64,000 nucleotides of DNA from Cladosporium halotolerans. Taxonomy: Eukaryota. Below, piece by piece: positions 35,014 to 50,284 of this stretch; positions within the stretch are counted from its first letter, which is position 1; the number at the start of each line of letters is the position of its first letter. The notes beneath the pieces were generated by a model that was given only the letters and a program-made list of their open reading frames with translations, ran no database searches and was not told the DNA's origin. Made by a program: the position numbers and the translations under genes. Where the stretch lies: assembly GCF_011745625.1 (NCBI RefSeq), contig NW_027191455.1, positions 744,001-808,000 on the forward strand. Reading direction: 5' to 3'.

Positions 35014-38000
35014 GCTACGACCTAGTGGTGGTGCGCAGAAGCCGAGGGGAAACTAAGACAAAAGCACCGGTGACAGCGCGCCGGCCGGTACAAGTGCCCG
35101 TCGAGAAGAAAGCGGCAAAAGTGTTGTCGAGGGTGGAGCCGCGTGCCTCTGGTGGTGGATGATTTGCAGGCAAATTGTCAAAGCAAGCTCCACACGGCGT
35201 TCTAGCGTGAACGTCGAGAAGGCGCGAGCGCGGTGACGAGGGCTGCCCGAAACGGCGTGCCGGCGCAAGGTTGGAGACAGATGCAGCTTGCACCGGAGTG
35301 GAAAGGTCGGCGCGAGTCTGATGGGAGGAAGCGCAGGGTGCTAGGTGGAGAGAGGATAGGCGCGCTATGTATCGTGGCGTGCTGCCCTGGAAATAGTGCG
35401 TCGCCGGGCCCTGGATATGGCTGGTGCAAGCACTCCGTGAGGTAATGGCGCCGCGGGCTGGCCGATCGCTTTAGCTGCCGGGCGGGCGGGTGACGGTGTC
35501 GAGACGACGTGAAGGAAAATTCGATGCGGGCCCTGCAGGGAGAAGTGGGTACGAGTGACGCTACGCTGGAACCGCGGTTCAACCCTGGGTCACGCAGCAC
35601 GATCGCGACGGAGGGGCGGGCAGGGGGGGCGTGTCGGGGCAGAGTTTGGCAGGATGGACGCTTGGAAGCGGTCAAGTGGGTGTGGCCGGGTAAGGTGCGC
35701 TTGGCCCGGCCGGCGGTGCTCGGGCGGCGCGTGTATCCCAATCAAAGGCCCAAGGAGGATTGCAGTGCGCGCGAGCACGCGGACCACGGTTCCTGCAACG
35801 CTGCAGGCCTTAGGCTTAGGGTGAAGAAGCAGCGGGCCTGCGCTGCGGTGTCTGGGTGTCTTTGCAGCGGCGGCGTGATCGGAGCGGCGAATGATACCCA
35901 ACGGCGGCCGGGAGCCGCGAGTCGAAGGCAGAAGGAGAGAGGCCGTGCTCCCAGATTGCGCGCCTCCACCTCGGAGCTGTGCGCGCGCGCGGCCGGCGAT
36001 TGGCGGTGAAGGGCAGACGCTCGCTGGCGGTGGGGTGCGAGAAGCGAGGGCTGCTGAGAGGGCGCGTTGCTGCTGTTGCAGTGGTCGAGCGGGCACTGCG
36101 CTCGAGGTGCCTCTACAGGCTACAGGAAGATACTCGTGCTCGCGCTCTGTCTCGCAGGCGCGGTCGCAGGAGCCGCTGGTGCGCTACCGGGCGCGCTGGC
36201 GTGGGCGGCGTGTCCTGGCGAGCAGCCCTACAGACAGCGCCAGCGTCCTCTGATCGGGTCCGGCTGTGGGAGGATCCGGACGGACAGCGCCAAGGCGAGC
36301 AGGCCAGGGCGGGAATAACGTGGGTCCTGCTCGGGCGAAGGGGCTAATGAAGCGTAGCGTCTGGCGAGCAACGCGTGGTGGGTGCGCGGGCTATTGGCCG
36401 CTGGGGCCCGCGGAGGCAGAGCGACGGCAGGCGATGAGAGGCCGTGGCCCACGGGGGCAGGCGGCGGTGTCTGACGACGGCGGCGTGGGCGGCTGGGAGG
36501 GCAGATGGCAGAAGAGGGCGAGTGAAGACACGCTAGAGCGGCGCGAGGAGGGCTAGGACAGAAGCAGCCTGGCAGCTGGCGGGCGGCGGTGCGAGGGCGA
36601 TGCGGAGAGGCAGGCGAGCACATAACACGCGCGCCGCGCCCGTCCTCAGGCACTCCGTTTCCGCGGCCGGCGCGCACGTGACTTGCCCGCCGCCACGCCT
36701 GCCCTCGCTTGAGTGCGTCTGCACGCGAGCACCCCCACGCCACCCTCTCGCCACCCATGCGCGAGGTCAGCGAGCACCCCAGCAGCAGCGACACGCCGAC
36801 ACCCCATGGATGCACTGGCAAGGGTGCGGCCTGCCCTCGCGAGCCTCGCGGGGCCTGCACTCGCCCACGCAGGCAGGCTGGCTGGCGGGCAGGCGTGGCA
36901 GGGCGTGGCAGAGATGCTGTAATTGTCGCGCCCTCCCTCGGCGTTCGGTCCGACCGCTCGTACTGTGCATGCAGCAGCACGGCGACCCGCGTGTGATTGG
37001 TGTCGCCGCCCGCACCTCACTCCTCATGCATCGCGTGAGGAGCGAGATCTGACCACGCCCCGGCCAGTCGGCCAGTCCCATGACACCCCCTGCAGCCAGC
37101 AGGCGAGGGTGGCGACGACTCGTGGGCGTCGTCAGGAGTCACCCGCTGCGTGAGGGCGGTACCTCGACGTCGTTTATGCCGCCGGAGGCGATGGCGACGC
37201 CCTCCTGCCCCTGCACTGTCATGCATCGCGGCATCCATGTGTCGCTCGCCGGGGCAGGACGTCGCTTTTTCTCCGCCAGAGAGGCCGTGCTTAGCTTGCC
37301 CGTGGATGGCCTTACGAGATATGCGAGCGGTGGTCAGTCGCCCTCCGCCGCCGCCAGCGCATGGCGCCCACGTCGCTGACTGGCCCCCGGCATCCCACGC
37401 CCCACGAGTCAGCCGCCCGCCTTTCCCTTTGGCTCGTAGTTCCTGATCAAGGCATGAGGCCGGCCTCCGTAGCCTCGCATAGCGGCCGATCGGGAGTTTC
37501 TTATATTGACTGCACTCGAACCGCGGGGCGGGCGCTGGCGAAGCAGGCAGGTGTGTAGATGCGCGCAACACGACGGCGTCCGTCATCTGACAGCCCGTCC
37601 ATGGCGCGCAATGCCACGCCGACGTCTCGTGTGCAGCACCTGAAGACCGCGACCCCGGCATTCGCTGCGCCCCTTGGCAATTTCCCAGCACCGCGGGCAG
37701 GGCAAAAACGCGCACGAAACGATGTCGGAGGGCGGATGCAAGCAATCGGCGCACGGCCGACACGAGACGCGCGCACAGGCGCCTCTACGATCCGGCCGTG
37801 TGAAGCTCGGGACTCGCAGATTAGTCGGCAAATGCGGCAGCCACACGAGCCAGACACCTCCAGCTGTCCCCTCGACGTTTCTGTGCTGCCTGCGCGCTGC
37901 AGCCAACCGACGACAGAGCGGAGCTTCGCTGCGTGAATTGCAGTGGCATGCGCCGCATGCTACGAGGCTGCGAGCCTGGCCGGCGGCAAGAACACCACAA

Positions 38001-38851
38001 ACAACGTGATGCTGCCGCTGCTGCTGCACGCAAGCCCATGACGGTGGATGATGCGCCGCGGCGATCCTGCCCTGCACATCTGAGACCTGCAATAATCCCC
38101 GATTGTACCATTGTTTCCCCTTCCCAGCGATAATGGTTCTGCGCTAAGAGCGGGCCTCGAGCCACGGCCACAGTTTCCCTCGCCGCCTCGCTAGCCGACA
38201 CACTCCAGATCCTGCAGATCTGCGCGTTAAGCATACCAGACGTCACGGTGGCAGCAAGCAGTGGATCGCACGGCGCTCACACGTCCCGCTCCACGGTCTG
38301 CTCCAAACCTCCTCGCGCGCGCTCGTACTACTCCGCTCCCGCCCCAATGCCCGAGCCTACACGGCCACACGGTCTGTCCAAACGAGCCCTCCTCCGATTT
38401 CTCCCTCGCTAGACCCCACCCTCCAACCACCTCAGATAGCCGAGCACGACCGCCGCTCCTCGCCGCACCCCGTGCTCGCGCCGTTTCGTAGTATCGCGCA
38501 AGCAAGAGACAACTGTTCTACTACCTGACCTAGGTACCGTTCACGCTCGCCCGCCAAGCGCGCAGAGCCTCTCCCGTCGATCCCATCTCGCGCGTTAGCC
38601 CTAGGGTCCGCGATCCAGGCACGCCGGGCCCGTTTCTTGCTTGCAGAGCGGTGCAGAAACGGCAAGCTGCGCGCGCGCGACGAAGGAGCCGCCGCGGCAC
38701 GGCGGCGCTAGAGGCGGCAGAATGTAGGTAGGCAACTCAGCGGGGACCGGTGGTGCCATGTTTTGCGTGACGCGCTGTTGACGGGCGCCGCTTGCGATCG
38801 CTCGCGCGAGCTTGTCTCAGTTCGCGCAAAGGTAGTGCCGGGCTGGGTGGC

Positions 38852-38894
38852 TAGGGTTAGGGTTGGGGTTGGCTTGGGGTTGGCTTGGGGTTAG
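38852..38894 (+). repeat. Degenerate interstitial telomere-like tandem repeat (TAGGGT TAGGGT TGGGGT TGGCT TGGGGT TGGCT TGGGGT TAG)
   Basis: Read directly from the sequence. Confidence 0.75.
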
Positions 38895-40076
38895 CAGTTC
38901 GAGCCTCGGTCGTGCTACTACCCACCTTCGACTGTCTTTCGTCGATCAAAATTGCACAGATGAATCGTTGTAGCGAGCATAGGACTTTCCTATGTCGTTT
39001 GTTAACTTTGCACTTGATGTGGATGTTACCGCATGTCGACGGAAGTTGATTCAAGTGCAACATTGGACCGCATGTGAGCTGCTTATTATTTGTACACTCT
39101 GAATGATATCAAGCCCATTGATAAGTGCGACATTGGATCGCAATCAATAGCGAACTCAACCACTGGATTCTCAACACCGACCTTTATCTCTTGCTGTCCA
39201 AAAATGACCCGTTTCAAACCATTGTGCTGTTTGATTGAGCTGTTCATCCAACCTACCGTCAACGCTTCGGCTCCATGCTCGCAACGACAGTTGCAACGAT
39301 TTCCCGATTGACATGAATGCTGATGCGCATTCATCGACTACAACGATGATCATTTATCCACGAAAAAACATCACCACTCTTAAAGTGATACTTCGACCCA
39401 TCTTTGGAATCGATTGCAAAAAGGTTCCGTTGCGCACTCGTCACTCGAGGGGAGCAATACGAGTATACGAGGGACTCACACACTTACAGACGATCTAGTC
39501 CAGCGCGAAGATATACCTCAGACACGTCTCACCCACAAACCAACAGCTCTTCCCCGAAGCCCCCCTTCTCAGGAACACCCAGATCAGCGACCCTGCTCCG
39601 GCCAACGCTCGCCGTGAAGCCAAGCAGAAACATGGCGAACCGCCTCGCGACCCGCTCGGCAAACCGAGAAGGATCTCGCAAATGCCGCAAGCGCGCGTCG
39701 AGCGAGAGCCGCAGGCGTGGGGTGAGAGATCCCCATATCTGCTCGCCTCTATACCGTCGTGGCCCATCAGCTCACCGGCCAGCGCATCACGGTCGACGAT
39801 CAAGACGTCCATCTCCTCGCCGCGGGCAGTCGCAGACGAGCAAACCCATCCACGCCTCGTGTCCATCGAGGTGCGCGCGCCGCGCCAGCGCATGCCCGAA
39901 GCAACACCTCATCCACCCTCTCCACATACCAGCCAAAGAAAACTGCCCAGGCAGCCACGCCAATAGTAGGGCTAGCCCACCATCACCTCACTCCCCTCCC
40001 ATACCATACCCTACGCTCAGAAGGTCCAGCCAGCACCCGTCCAAGACCACGCATCAAATAATCCCTCCCAAACCCT

Positions 40077-40104
40077 CCCACGCCCACGCCCACGCCCACG
40101 CCCA
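40077..40104 (+). repeat. (CCCACG)n microsatellite, about 4.5 units
   Basis: cccacgcccacgcccacgcccacgccca. Confidence 0.8.
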
Positions 40105-41042
40105 AACTCAAAGCACCGTCTCGTGTTCCCCCCCAATTCCCAAACCCAAAAACCAACCGCCCGCGTTCGACATCGTAAGGCCTCCCGCCGCCTCCCCACG
40201 GGCCACTCGGCGCGAAGCGGAGTGTCACCGGCGGAGGGTGCCAAACCTACACAATGCACACCCGCCGCGACGCCACTATTGTGCAGAAAGCGCGAGGAAG
40301 AGATGGAGAGTTGGCGCCGACATGGCACCTAAGGCACGCGGGCTGACAGGGGGAAAAAGTCGCGCCGGGGGGAGAGAGGCGTACCTGTGAGCAGGGATCA
40401 AGGTGAGGAAAGTCAATTGACGCGAACGTCTGCAAGTGTGCGAGCAGATGCAGCGGGCGAATTTTAGGATTGCGCAGCGCAGGCTGAGCTGCGCTGCGAC
40501 GATGATGCTTTTCTCGCGACGTAATGATGCAGTTGCTGCTTTGAGAGGGACGTTCGCGGTGGCCGGAGATGCGCGGGGGAAGTTTGCGAGGACGGGCAGT
40601 TGTTGGTCTCAAGTTAGTTGGGCCGATGTGGGTTCTGGAAGGTGTCAGGTAAAGTATGCGGACTGATATTGTGCCGGAGATTTACTGAAAACTGAATGTT
40701 TCTCATCTTTCGTACAGGCTAGGTAGACTAATGAGCGACGTCGTGTGGCTCGACGTGCTCGACTAGAACCTGCGAAATATTGTTGCAAAGAAAGGTCAAT
40801 TAAGCAGCGCCGTGAGCCTCAACAACTCACGACGACATGCAAGTAAACAAGCAAAAGAAAGCAAGCGCTCTATCCCATTTTATCGCAATTTTGCCAATCG
40901 CGGAATGCAATCAAACCCTCGTCGCAAAAACTCCGAACCAGAAGGAACGCCTTGGTGCATGCAAAATGCCAACGAGAGCATGTCAAAGAAGTAGTGGTCG
41001 GTGTGGTCAATCACAGCCTAGTCAAAAGACGAGGCAAGATAT

Positions 41043-43403
<2,361 letters not shown>

Positions 43404-43966
43404 GATTTTCTGGGAAGTTTGGTTCGAGAGTAAGGACCGGTCGGGCGTGATTTCTTGAAGCGAGAGAGTGGATGTGATGAGGATCACAAGATTCGCAGTC
43501 TCTATGCGAGTTGTGTCGGTGTGAAAGGGATGAAGTGATGAAGAAGGGGGGTGCGTGGGTGTGGGAGGAAGGGAGGAAGGCTGAGGCGCTGCGCGGATAA
43601 ATAGCGACAGGCAGCGGCGAAGGCGCCCGACAGAAAATTGCTGACTGCCGCGCACTGACCCGCTTTCTAGTCCGGATTGGGACTAGCTCAGCCCTACGAC
43701 GCCACCTACGAGCATCAAAGTCGAGACACAAGTACAATTATTGTTTGCTCAACAAATCCCCGCAAGACAGACAGGCATTTGTTGACGATAATGAGAATAC
43801 CATTTCGACATGTCTGTCCTTATTTATTGTGTCTTTCTTTTCTCGTGATATCATCTCCAAGAATCCGAGCGCGTCTATCCAACATCAATCTTGCTAGGGT
43901 CCTCTACATGCTAGATTATTGCACCAAGATCCACCTGCCATGTATGATGAGGCAATGTTCCTCCCC

Positions 43967-46047
43967 TCAAGACTCGTTTGCCATGGCCCAGAAGCCGGTC
44001 TCCATCTGCTCAATATGTTAGCAGAGTCGGAGTTGAAGGCAAGACATCGCATAGCTCACCCTTGTCGCGTGCATGAAAATCTTCACAAGCTCATCGATTC
44101 GCTTCGGCGATTGATGGACGGCGTGTTTCTCGATCAACGCTATCACAAATTAGCACATGACAGCCGAATTGGGAGCAGGAGCCACGTACCGCAACCTGTC
44201 TTCACAGCCTCAGTGTAATCTTCAGCAACGTAGTTATTGATCCACGTGAGGTATGCATTCGGCTCTTTGGGAGGGTTGGTCGTTTGCAAGTCTTTCAGAC
44301 GGCGGCCAATCATGCCATATCCGAGTAGACAAGGGAGCAGCGCAACCTGAAGTGCGAGCCAGTCTTGTGATTGACCGACGTCGAGGATGTAGCGACTGTA
44401 GGCAGTGCATGCTGGGATCCATTAACATCGGTTTCTTCCGGCTACCGCGAAGGATGACTTACCTTGACTTTCCTCGTACTTCTCCATGTCCTCCTGCGTC
44501 AGACCAAACTCTGCACACTCGCCGATGTGCAGGTTTATCTCGTGTCGGATGTGCATGACGATTGCCGCGCCCTAAGTTAGGTCAGAGAAATGCGGGCATA
44601 GTGTTCAACGCTAGACTCACACCAGCGATGTCGTCTAAAGACATTCCCTTGTAGCTTGCCAAAGCATTCGCGCGGGCAAATTGTATCTATCACGACACGT
44701 CAGCAGTAGATGTAGACTGCGGCAATTGAACACAAACCAAGTATAGGTAGTCCTGGATCATGTAGTTCTTGAAAGTCTCTCTTGGCAGGGTGCCGTCGCC
44801 CATTCGCTCGCAAAACTCATGATGCGTGTACTCGTGCCATACAGGCTTGACGTCGTCTCTTCCCAATAAATATTCGATGAAATTGCCGCTGCGATAGTCA
44901 GGAATTGCACTCTTGGGCAGAGTAGCAGTAGATAGACAGGGCACGACTCACGAGGCGAATGGCAAGACCTGAATGGAATGGAAGTGGTTCAACGGTCCTG
45001 AGCCCTTGCCAAGATTGGGACTTGTCCTGATGGCGGCCTCAACATAGCGGCAAGCAGACCGCACAGCTCGTGCAATGTCCTCGTCCCGTGCCAAGTTGCA
45101 AGCAATTGCGGCTACGTGACGGGTTAGCTCACCCCTATTCCACAGGGACTCGAAGATACTTACACGCAAGAGAACAGCCTGTTCCATGTGTGTTGTTTGA
45201 TCTCTGAAATGGCAGCTCAATCACCTCTGTTGAGCCATCACGGCCTACGAGCACGTTTGTAACGATCTCCTTTTCGTTCTCTTCCTTTGCGACTTTGCCT
45301 TGCTTGGTCAATGGGAGATGGCCGCCTTTGAGCAAAACATAGGCAGGCCCAAGGGACAATAGAGCAGAAGCGAGCTTCTTGAGTCCTTCCAGATCGTCCA
45401 CTTCCAATTCGGGCTTGCCAGCTTCCTTGAGGATGAGGTTGGCCTCTGGAATGTTGGGAGTGACCAGGTAGGCTTCGGGCAGAAGCTCATGAATAAGGAC
45501 CTTGGTAGCAGCTGTGGCGAGGAGTTGGTGGCCACTCGTAGATACCATGACCTTTCATTGCGGTTCTTATGTCAGCGCAGAGTCGATGTATGATCCGGAC
45601 GAAGATGCCTACCGGATCGACCACAGACTTGGTGATCTTGTGACTTCGCAACGACTCCGCCACCAAAGACACCGTCCCAGCCGAAGCAAGCATGCCTGAG
45701 TGCGCAAATCAGTATTCGGCCACTTTCAAATCTGTTCGCTACGCATGGATACCGGTCTTGACCACGTCGACCCCCACATCCTCAACACAGGCGTCGATCT
45801 GCTTCCGGACGAAATCGGTGGGCGTCTCATGGATCGCGTTGACACCCTGCGTATTCTGAGCGGTCAGAGCCGTCGTCGCAGTCATAGCATAGCAGCCATG
45901 CGCCGCTATGACTTTTTGGTCGGCTTCGAGACCCCTTGCGCGCTCACAGTCAGCGTTGGATCATCGTGGCAAGCGGAGGTCCCAGCTTCGATTCACTCAC
46001 GCCCCGCCCGAGCTGTCTGAGCCCGCAATTACAAGGATACGCTTCAT
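43967..46047 (-). CDS. THI20: Hydroxymethylpyrimidine/phosphomethylpyrimidine kinase fused to a TenA (thiaminase II) domain; multi-intron
   Basis: RILVIAGSDSSGGAGLEAD, VKTGMLAS, VVDPVMVSTSG, TPNIPEA, LLKGGHL, NTHGTGCSLA, GPLNHFH, then a TenA part (YMIQDYLYL...METGFWAM), linked by about 10 canonical short introns. Confidence 0.88.
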
Positions 46048-46296
46048 GGTTGTACGTGTGGTGGTGCCTCACATCACTTTTGAGGACCGATGACTGCAAC
46101 TCGAAGTTTTGATGTTGGGGTTGGCGTTCGCTGGCGCGCAAACGAATTGACGTCATCGCGAGGCTTGTTTTTGATGTTTTGTACTACCATTCATGCCATT
46201 ATAGAAGCAATTGTTTGGCTAAACCGCCGTAATTCCATTGCCAATTTGCTCTCCTGGAAGCGCCGCGCTAATCTGACAGATCCCAAGTTTCCTTCA

Positions 46297-48087
46297 TCAA
46301 TCGGATTCATCGGAGTCGAACTCCTCGTAGTTGAGGTCTGCATATCATGTCAGCCAAGTGGCCAAAGCCGTCCGAAACGCATCCAACGCACCTCTCCATA
46401 GCTGATATTGGAACCTCCCATCAAGCTTCGCAGAGAATGCATCTTTCACCAATTCTTGCTCTTCTGGAGTCAACGACGACTCCGCTTCCGCGTTGTCTAC
46501 AGCCATCAACATGCCGCGGTTGCCTTCACCCAACTGATTGATGAAGACTAGCATGCCACTTGCGGTGAAGCTTGTGAGACCGGAGAACGTCAGGCTCTTC
46601 AGATTCTTCAAGCGTGCCACGCTGTCCCAGACACCGTCGGTGATACCGTAACCTCCAATGTACAGGTCTTCCAGGTTCTCCAGATGATGTGCAAAGACCT
46701 TGATGTGCTGATCGCTGAAGAAATCCGAAATGCGTGTGAGATTCAGCAGGCGAAGGTCCTTCAAAGAACATATGGAGGTCATTAGCGTGTCGATGTGGTC
46801 CCGGCCTAGTCCCTCTGGATCGGCTCGCAGCAGCAACTCACGCAGGCTTGACTTTTGGCCGATCGCTTGGTGGAAATCCTCATGATCTTTTACCAGATAC
46901 ATCAGGCCCTCGTTGGAATTGATTTGTAGCTTATGTAGCTGGTTTTCCTCATTCAACAGGATAGGCATGATCATGTCTGGCGCGGATATCATGTTGGAAA
47001 TACTTATGTCGCGCAGTGCAGTGCAGTTGCGCAGCCAATCCACAATCTCGAGGTAGACATCGTTTTGTGAAGCTTTCAGGTCATCTGGCGGTCCGGAGTA
47101 GTTGATCGCAAGTGTTGTGAGTGATGTGCATTGCTGAAGGCACCCTAACGCTTTGGTTTCGCCATCATTTAGGAAGAGCTTGAGGCATGAAAGGCTTTTC
47201 CCATGATTGTTCAGTGCAATCGCTGTCTCTAACCCCAGATGGCAACTGCTGATGTTCTCGAAGTAGGTCAGTGTGTTGGATTTCATGCCGCTTATGAAGG
47301 CGGCGAGGTGCTTGTCTGCGTCGTGCGATGCTGAATAAATACAAAGAGCATCCAAGTGTGGGCAATTCGAGAGCAGCAAGTTGCGGACGTCCTCGTTCGC
47401 AAGCGTGCTGTCGTCCCATAAGTCCAGACGACGAAGGTGCGTCATTCTGGGCGCCCAATTCAACAATGCTGATGAGAATATGCCGCCAGGAATTGGTTCC
47501 GTCAAAGCCTCTAGCAGAGGCGATTGCTCGGTGATGAGGTCTCCGATAGCGGTAATGATGCGCTTCGTGTCGAGTCTCTTGGGCCTGTTCCTACTACCCT
47601 GTCGGACTGGTGCATCGACAGTGAGGTGGAAGCGCTCCATCGCGCCCGAGAAGAAGTTCTTCATGATTTTACCTTGTTTGAACTTATCCTCGTCGAGCAG
47701 GTAGCCAAGATCCCGTAGGTCAAGCATGCGAAGGTGTTTGCAGTAAGGATAGATGGTCTGACCGAGGGCAGACATGATGATGGTGCGCCATAATATGGAC
47801 CACTTTTGTACCGCCAAGTCTTGTTCGGAGAGGGAGAGTTCTTCAAGGCCGCCGCCCTTAACGGGGCAATCGTGAGAGATGCTAGGCAGGGTCAGCAACT
47901 ACAGCATCTGCAGTCACCGACAGAGCGATTCATACCGATACAATGCAGTGATGGCACCAGAATTAGCTATTTGCTTACTGCTCACGACGCAGTTGTACAG
48001 CGTATCGAAATCCGACCTAGCGGACAGCTCCGCCGAAAGCAGGTGGAACAGATCTGCTGGCAGCACTCCAACGTTGGTGCCGTCCAT
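46297..48087 (-). CDS. Leucine-rich-repeat (RNI-like) protein with an F-box-like N-terminus; introns 47882-47935 and 46338-46391
   Basis: Repeated LxxLxL units (LRRLDL, LRELLL, LRLLNL, LEDLYI, LKSLTF) and an N-terminal LPADLFHLL...LYNCVVSSK segment. Confidence 0.75.
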
Positions 48088-48331
48088 GATAGGGCTACTG
48101 CATCGATATTGGCAATGTGTCTTCTTGATAGTATTGATGGTCACTTCTTTGGTCGTGCTGCCAAAAGATGGGAGGTGATGATGTTGATGTTGTTGCTGCT
48201 CGCATTGATTGACCAAAGCGGAGTCGCGACAGGCGAAAGCTCAAGCGGACGACGCGCGAGACGCGCCGCCAAGGAATCCAACCCAACCTCGTCCACCACC
48301 TCGCTTTGGCATCGCGCGAAGTCACGCGGAG

Positions 48332-49848
48332 ATGACGGTGCTGGGCTTCTCGTTAACACCCGAGGCGACGGGGCGCATATATGAGGCGCTCGTGTGCCTT
48401 GCCAAATTCGGCGAATCGGTGGCGATTGAGGCGCGTGGCGACAAGGTAGGGTCACAAGAAAGAGAAGAAACAGATACCATTAGTCACAGATGTGAGACTG
48501 ATATGCCAATAGCTTACTCTCACCGCACTGAACTTGTCCAAGACAGCATGTGCGTCATTCGCTCTCGATGCGCGGTCGTTCTTCATCAGCTATGCTTTCA
48601 ATGCCACAAGCCCCGCCGCAACCGGCGACCGCTTTACGTGCCAACTATACAATCGAGCACTGCAATCTGTCTTCAAAGGTCGAGCTAATGATGCACGTGG
48701 ACGGGAGTTGAGTATTGACCGCTGCGATGTGAGCGTGCAGGATCGCCCAGGCAAGGCTGAGTGCCGGCTTGTGGTGAAAATGCTCTGCAAGCATGGTGAG
48801 TAGTCCACGAGGGTCAAGTATCGCGGATACTGATAGCCGCAGGGATGACCAAGACATATCGTCTCACATATGAACCTGTCGAAGTTATGCATGCTCTCTT
48901 TGACAAGACCGCAGCAACACAAGGATGGCGCATCTCCGCCAGAGTTATGCGCGAGTATGTTGAATACTTTGGACCCAAGACCGAGCAACTCGATATCTGC
49001 GCAGCAGACGGCAAAGTCATTTTTACTAGTTTCACCGAGAAGATCCAAGATGGCAAGGAAGTGCTGAAGCAACCAATGGAGACTGTGATCACGCTCCATA
49101 CTGAGGACTTCGACGACTTTCACATGCAAGAAAATGTACACATCACCATCAATGTGAAGGACTTCAAAGCCATGGTCCTACACGCAGAGACACTGCACAC
49201 GCCCATATCTGCGCACTTCTCCTATCCTACAAGACCATTGCAATTCAGCTACCAGAACGAAGGCGTCAACTGTTCCTTCACTCTAATGACCATGGGAGAC
49301 TTCCGCGGCGCTTCGTCTACACCAAATCCCAACTTTGTCTCGACAAGAAGTAGCTCCCGTCAGCCATCGATCGCGCCAGTAACCCTGCAAAATAGGAGCA
49401 CTTCGGAGATGCCGCCACCGGCTCGTCCTGCCGCACGTCTTAATCCAGACAAGACTTTATCCAGCCAGAGTCAGCGCGGGCCTTTACGACCTCAAAGCCA
49501 CCAGCCACTTGTGTCTGAACCGGAGCCTGACGACGACAGTCTCTTCATGCCAGCCGGTGATGATGAGCGGACGTGGGATCCTCCCAACTTCGACCACGAC
49601 GAGGAAGAGGAAGAGATGTTGGGTTGGGACGCTGGTAACGACATGCGCGGGTCAGAACCGCACCCAACCTTTCGCGACAGCGGCAGGGTGGCACCACCGT
49701 CGAAGCAAAGCCAGCAGCAACAGACACCTTCGCAGTGGGAAGACGGACTGGAACCCACGCAAAGGCTTTCACAGGTAAAGTCTATTGACAAGCTTCGACA
49801 CCACTTCATGCTGATAACATGATCTAGCTGCACGGCATGTTTGATTGA
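48332..49848 (+). CDS. rad9: 9-1-1 checkpoint clamp subunit Rad9 (Ddc1 family); introns 48446-48512, 48796-48842 and 49775-49827
   Basis: ALVCLAKFGESV, LTALNLSKTA, MLCKH|GMTKTYRLTYE, INVKDFKA, FSYPTRP; disordered tail ending in GLEPTQRLSQ (TQ/SQ checkpoint-kinase sites). Confidence 0.9.
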
Positions 49849-50284
49849 AAGCAAGCAATCATCGCCGAAAGCCCCTCTTCCGCCAATCGGAGGTCGAGTG
49901 CTTTTACAGCCAAAATGCTGTGGATTCTCTCGCTACCTTGGATCCGCTAACGCATATGCCCCTCATGTCCAGTGTACGATCCGATTGAAGGTGCTTCGCA
50001 CTTTACGATAGCATCATGACGTCCGCTTCTTTCACCAACGAGCCAGGGACGAATCCTTACTCGAAGCTGTCGCTTGATTCTGCAAATCCGTGTACTGTGA
50101 CTGCTCGGATTCGCTGCAGTGCACTGTGAGCCTTCTTCGCCCTGAATGCTTGGCCGCAAAATGCGATTACGCCGCCCGTTACTCCGGTACGCAATCACAA
50201 GCTGGTGCAGGACCGCTTTGATATCGCGCAAACGCACTAGCAGAGAAATTGGAGATGATCCGCATCTCCTGTATCGACGACCAT

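Noticed and set aside
39404..40390. 328-aa R/P/H/S-rich ORF
   Set aside because: Non-ATG start; composition reflects C/A skew and a microsatellite; no domain features.
43967..46200. TPP riboswitch in the thiamine-pathway gene
   Set aside because: No CUGAGA / GAUAAU..AGCG core seen in its introns or leader; fungal TPP riboswitches are known mainly from THI4, NMT1 and transporter genes.
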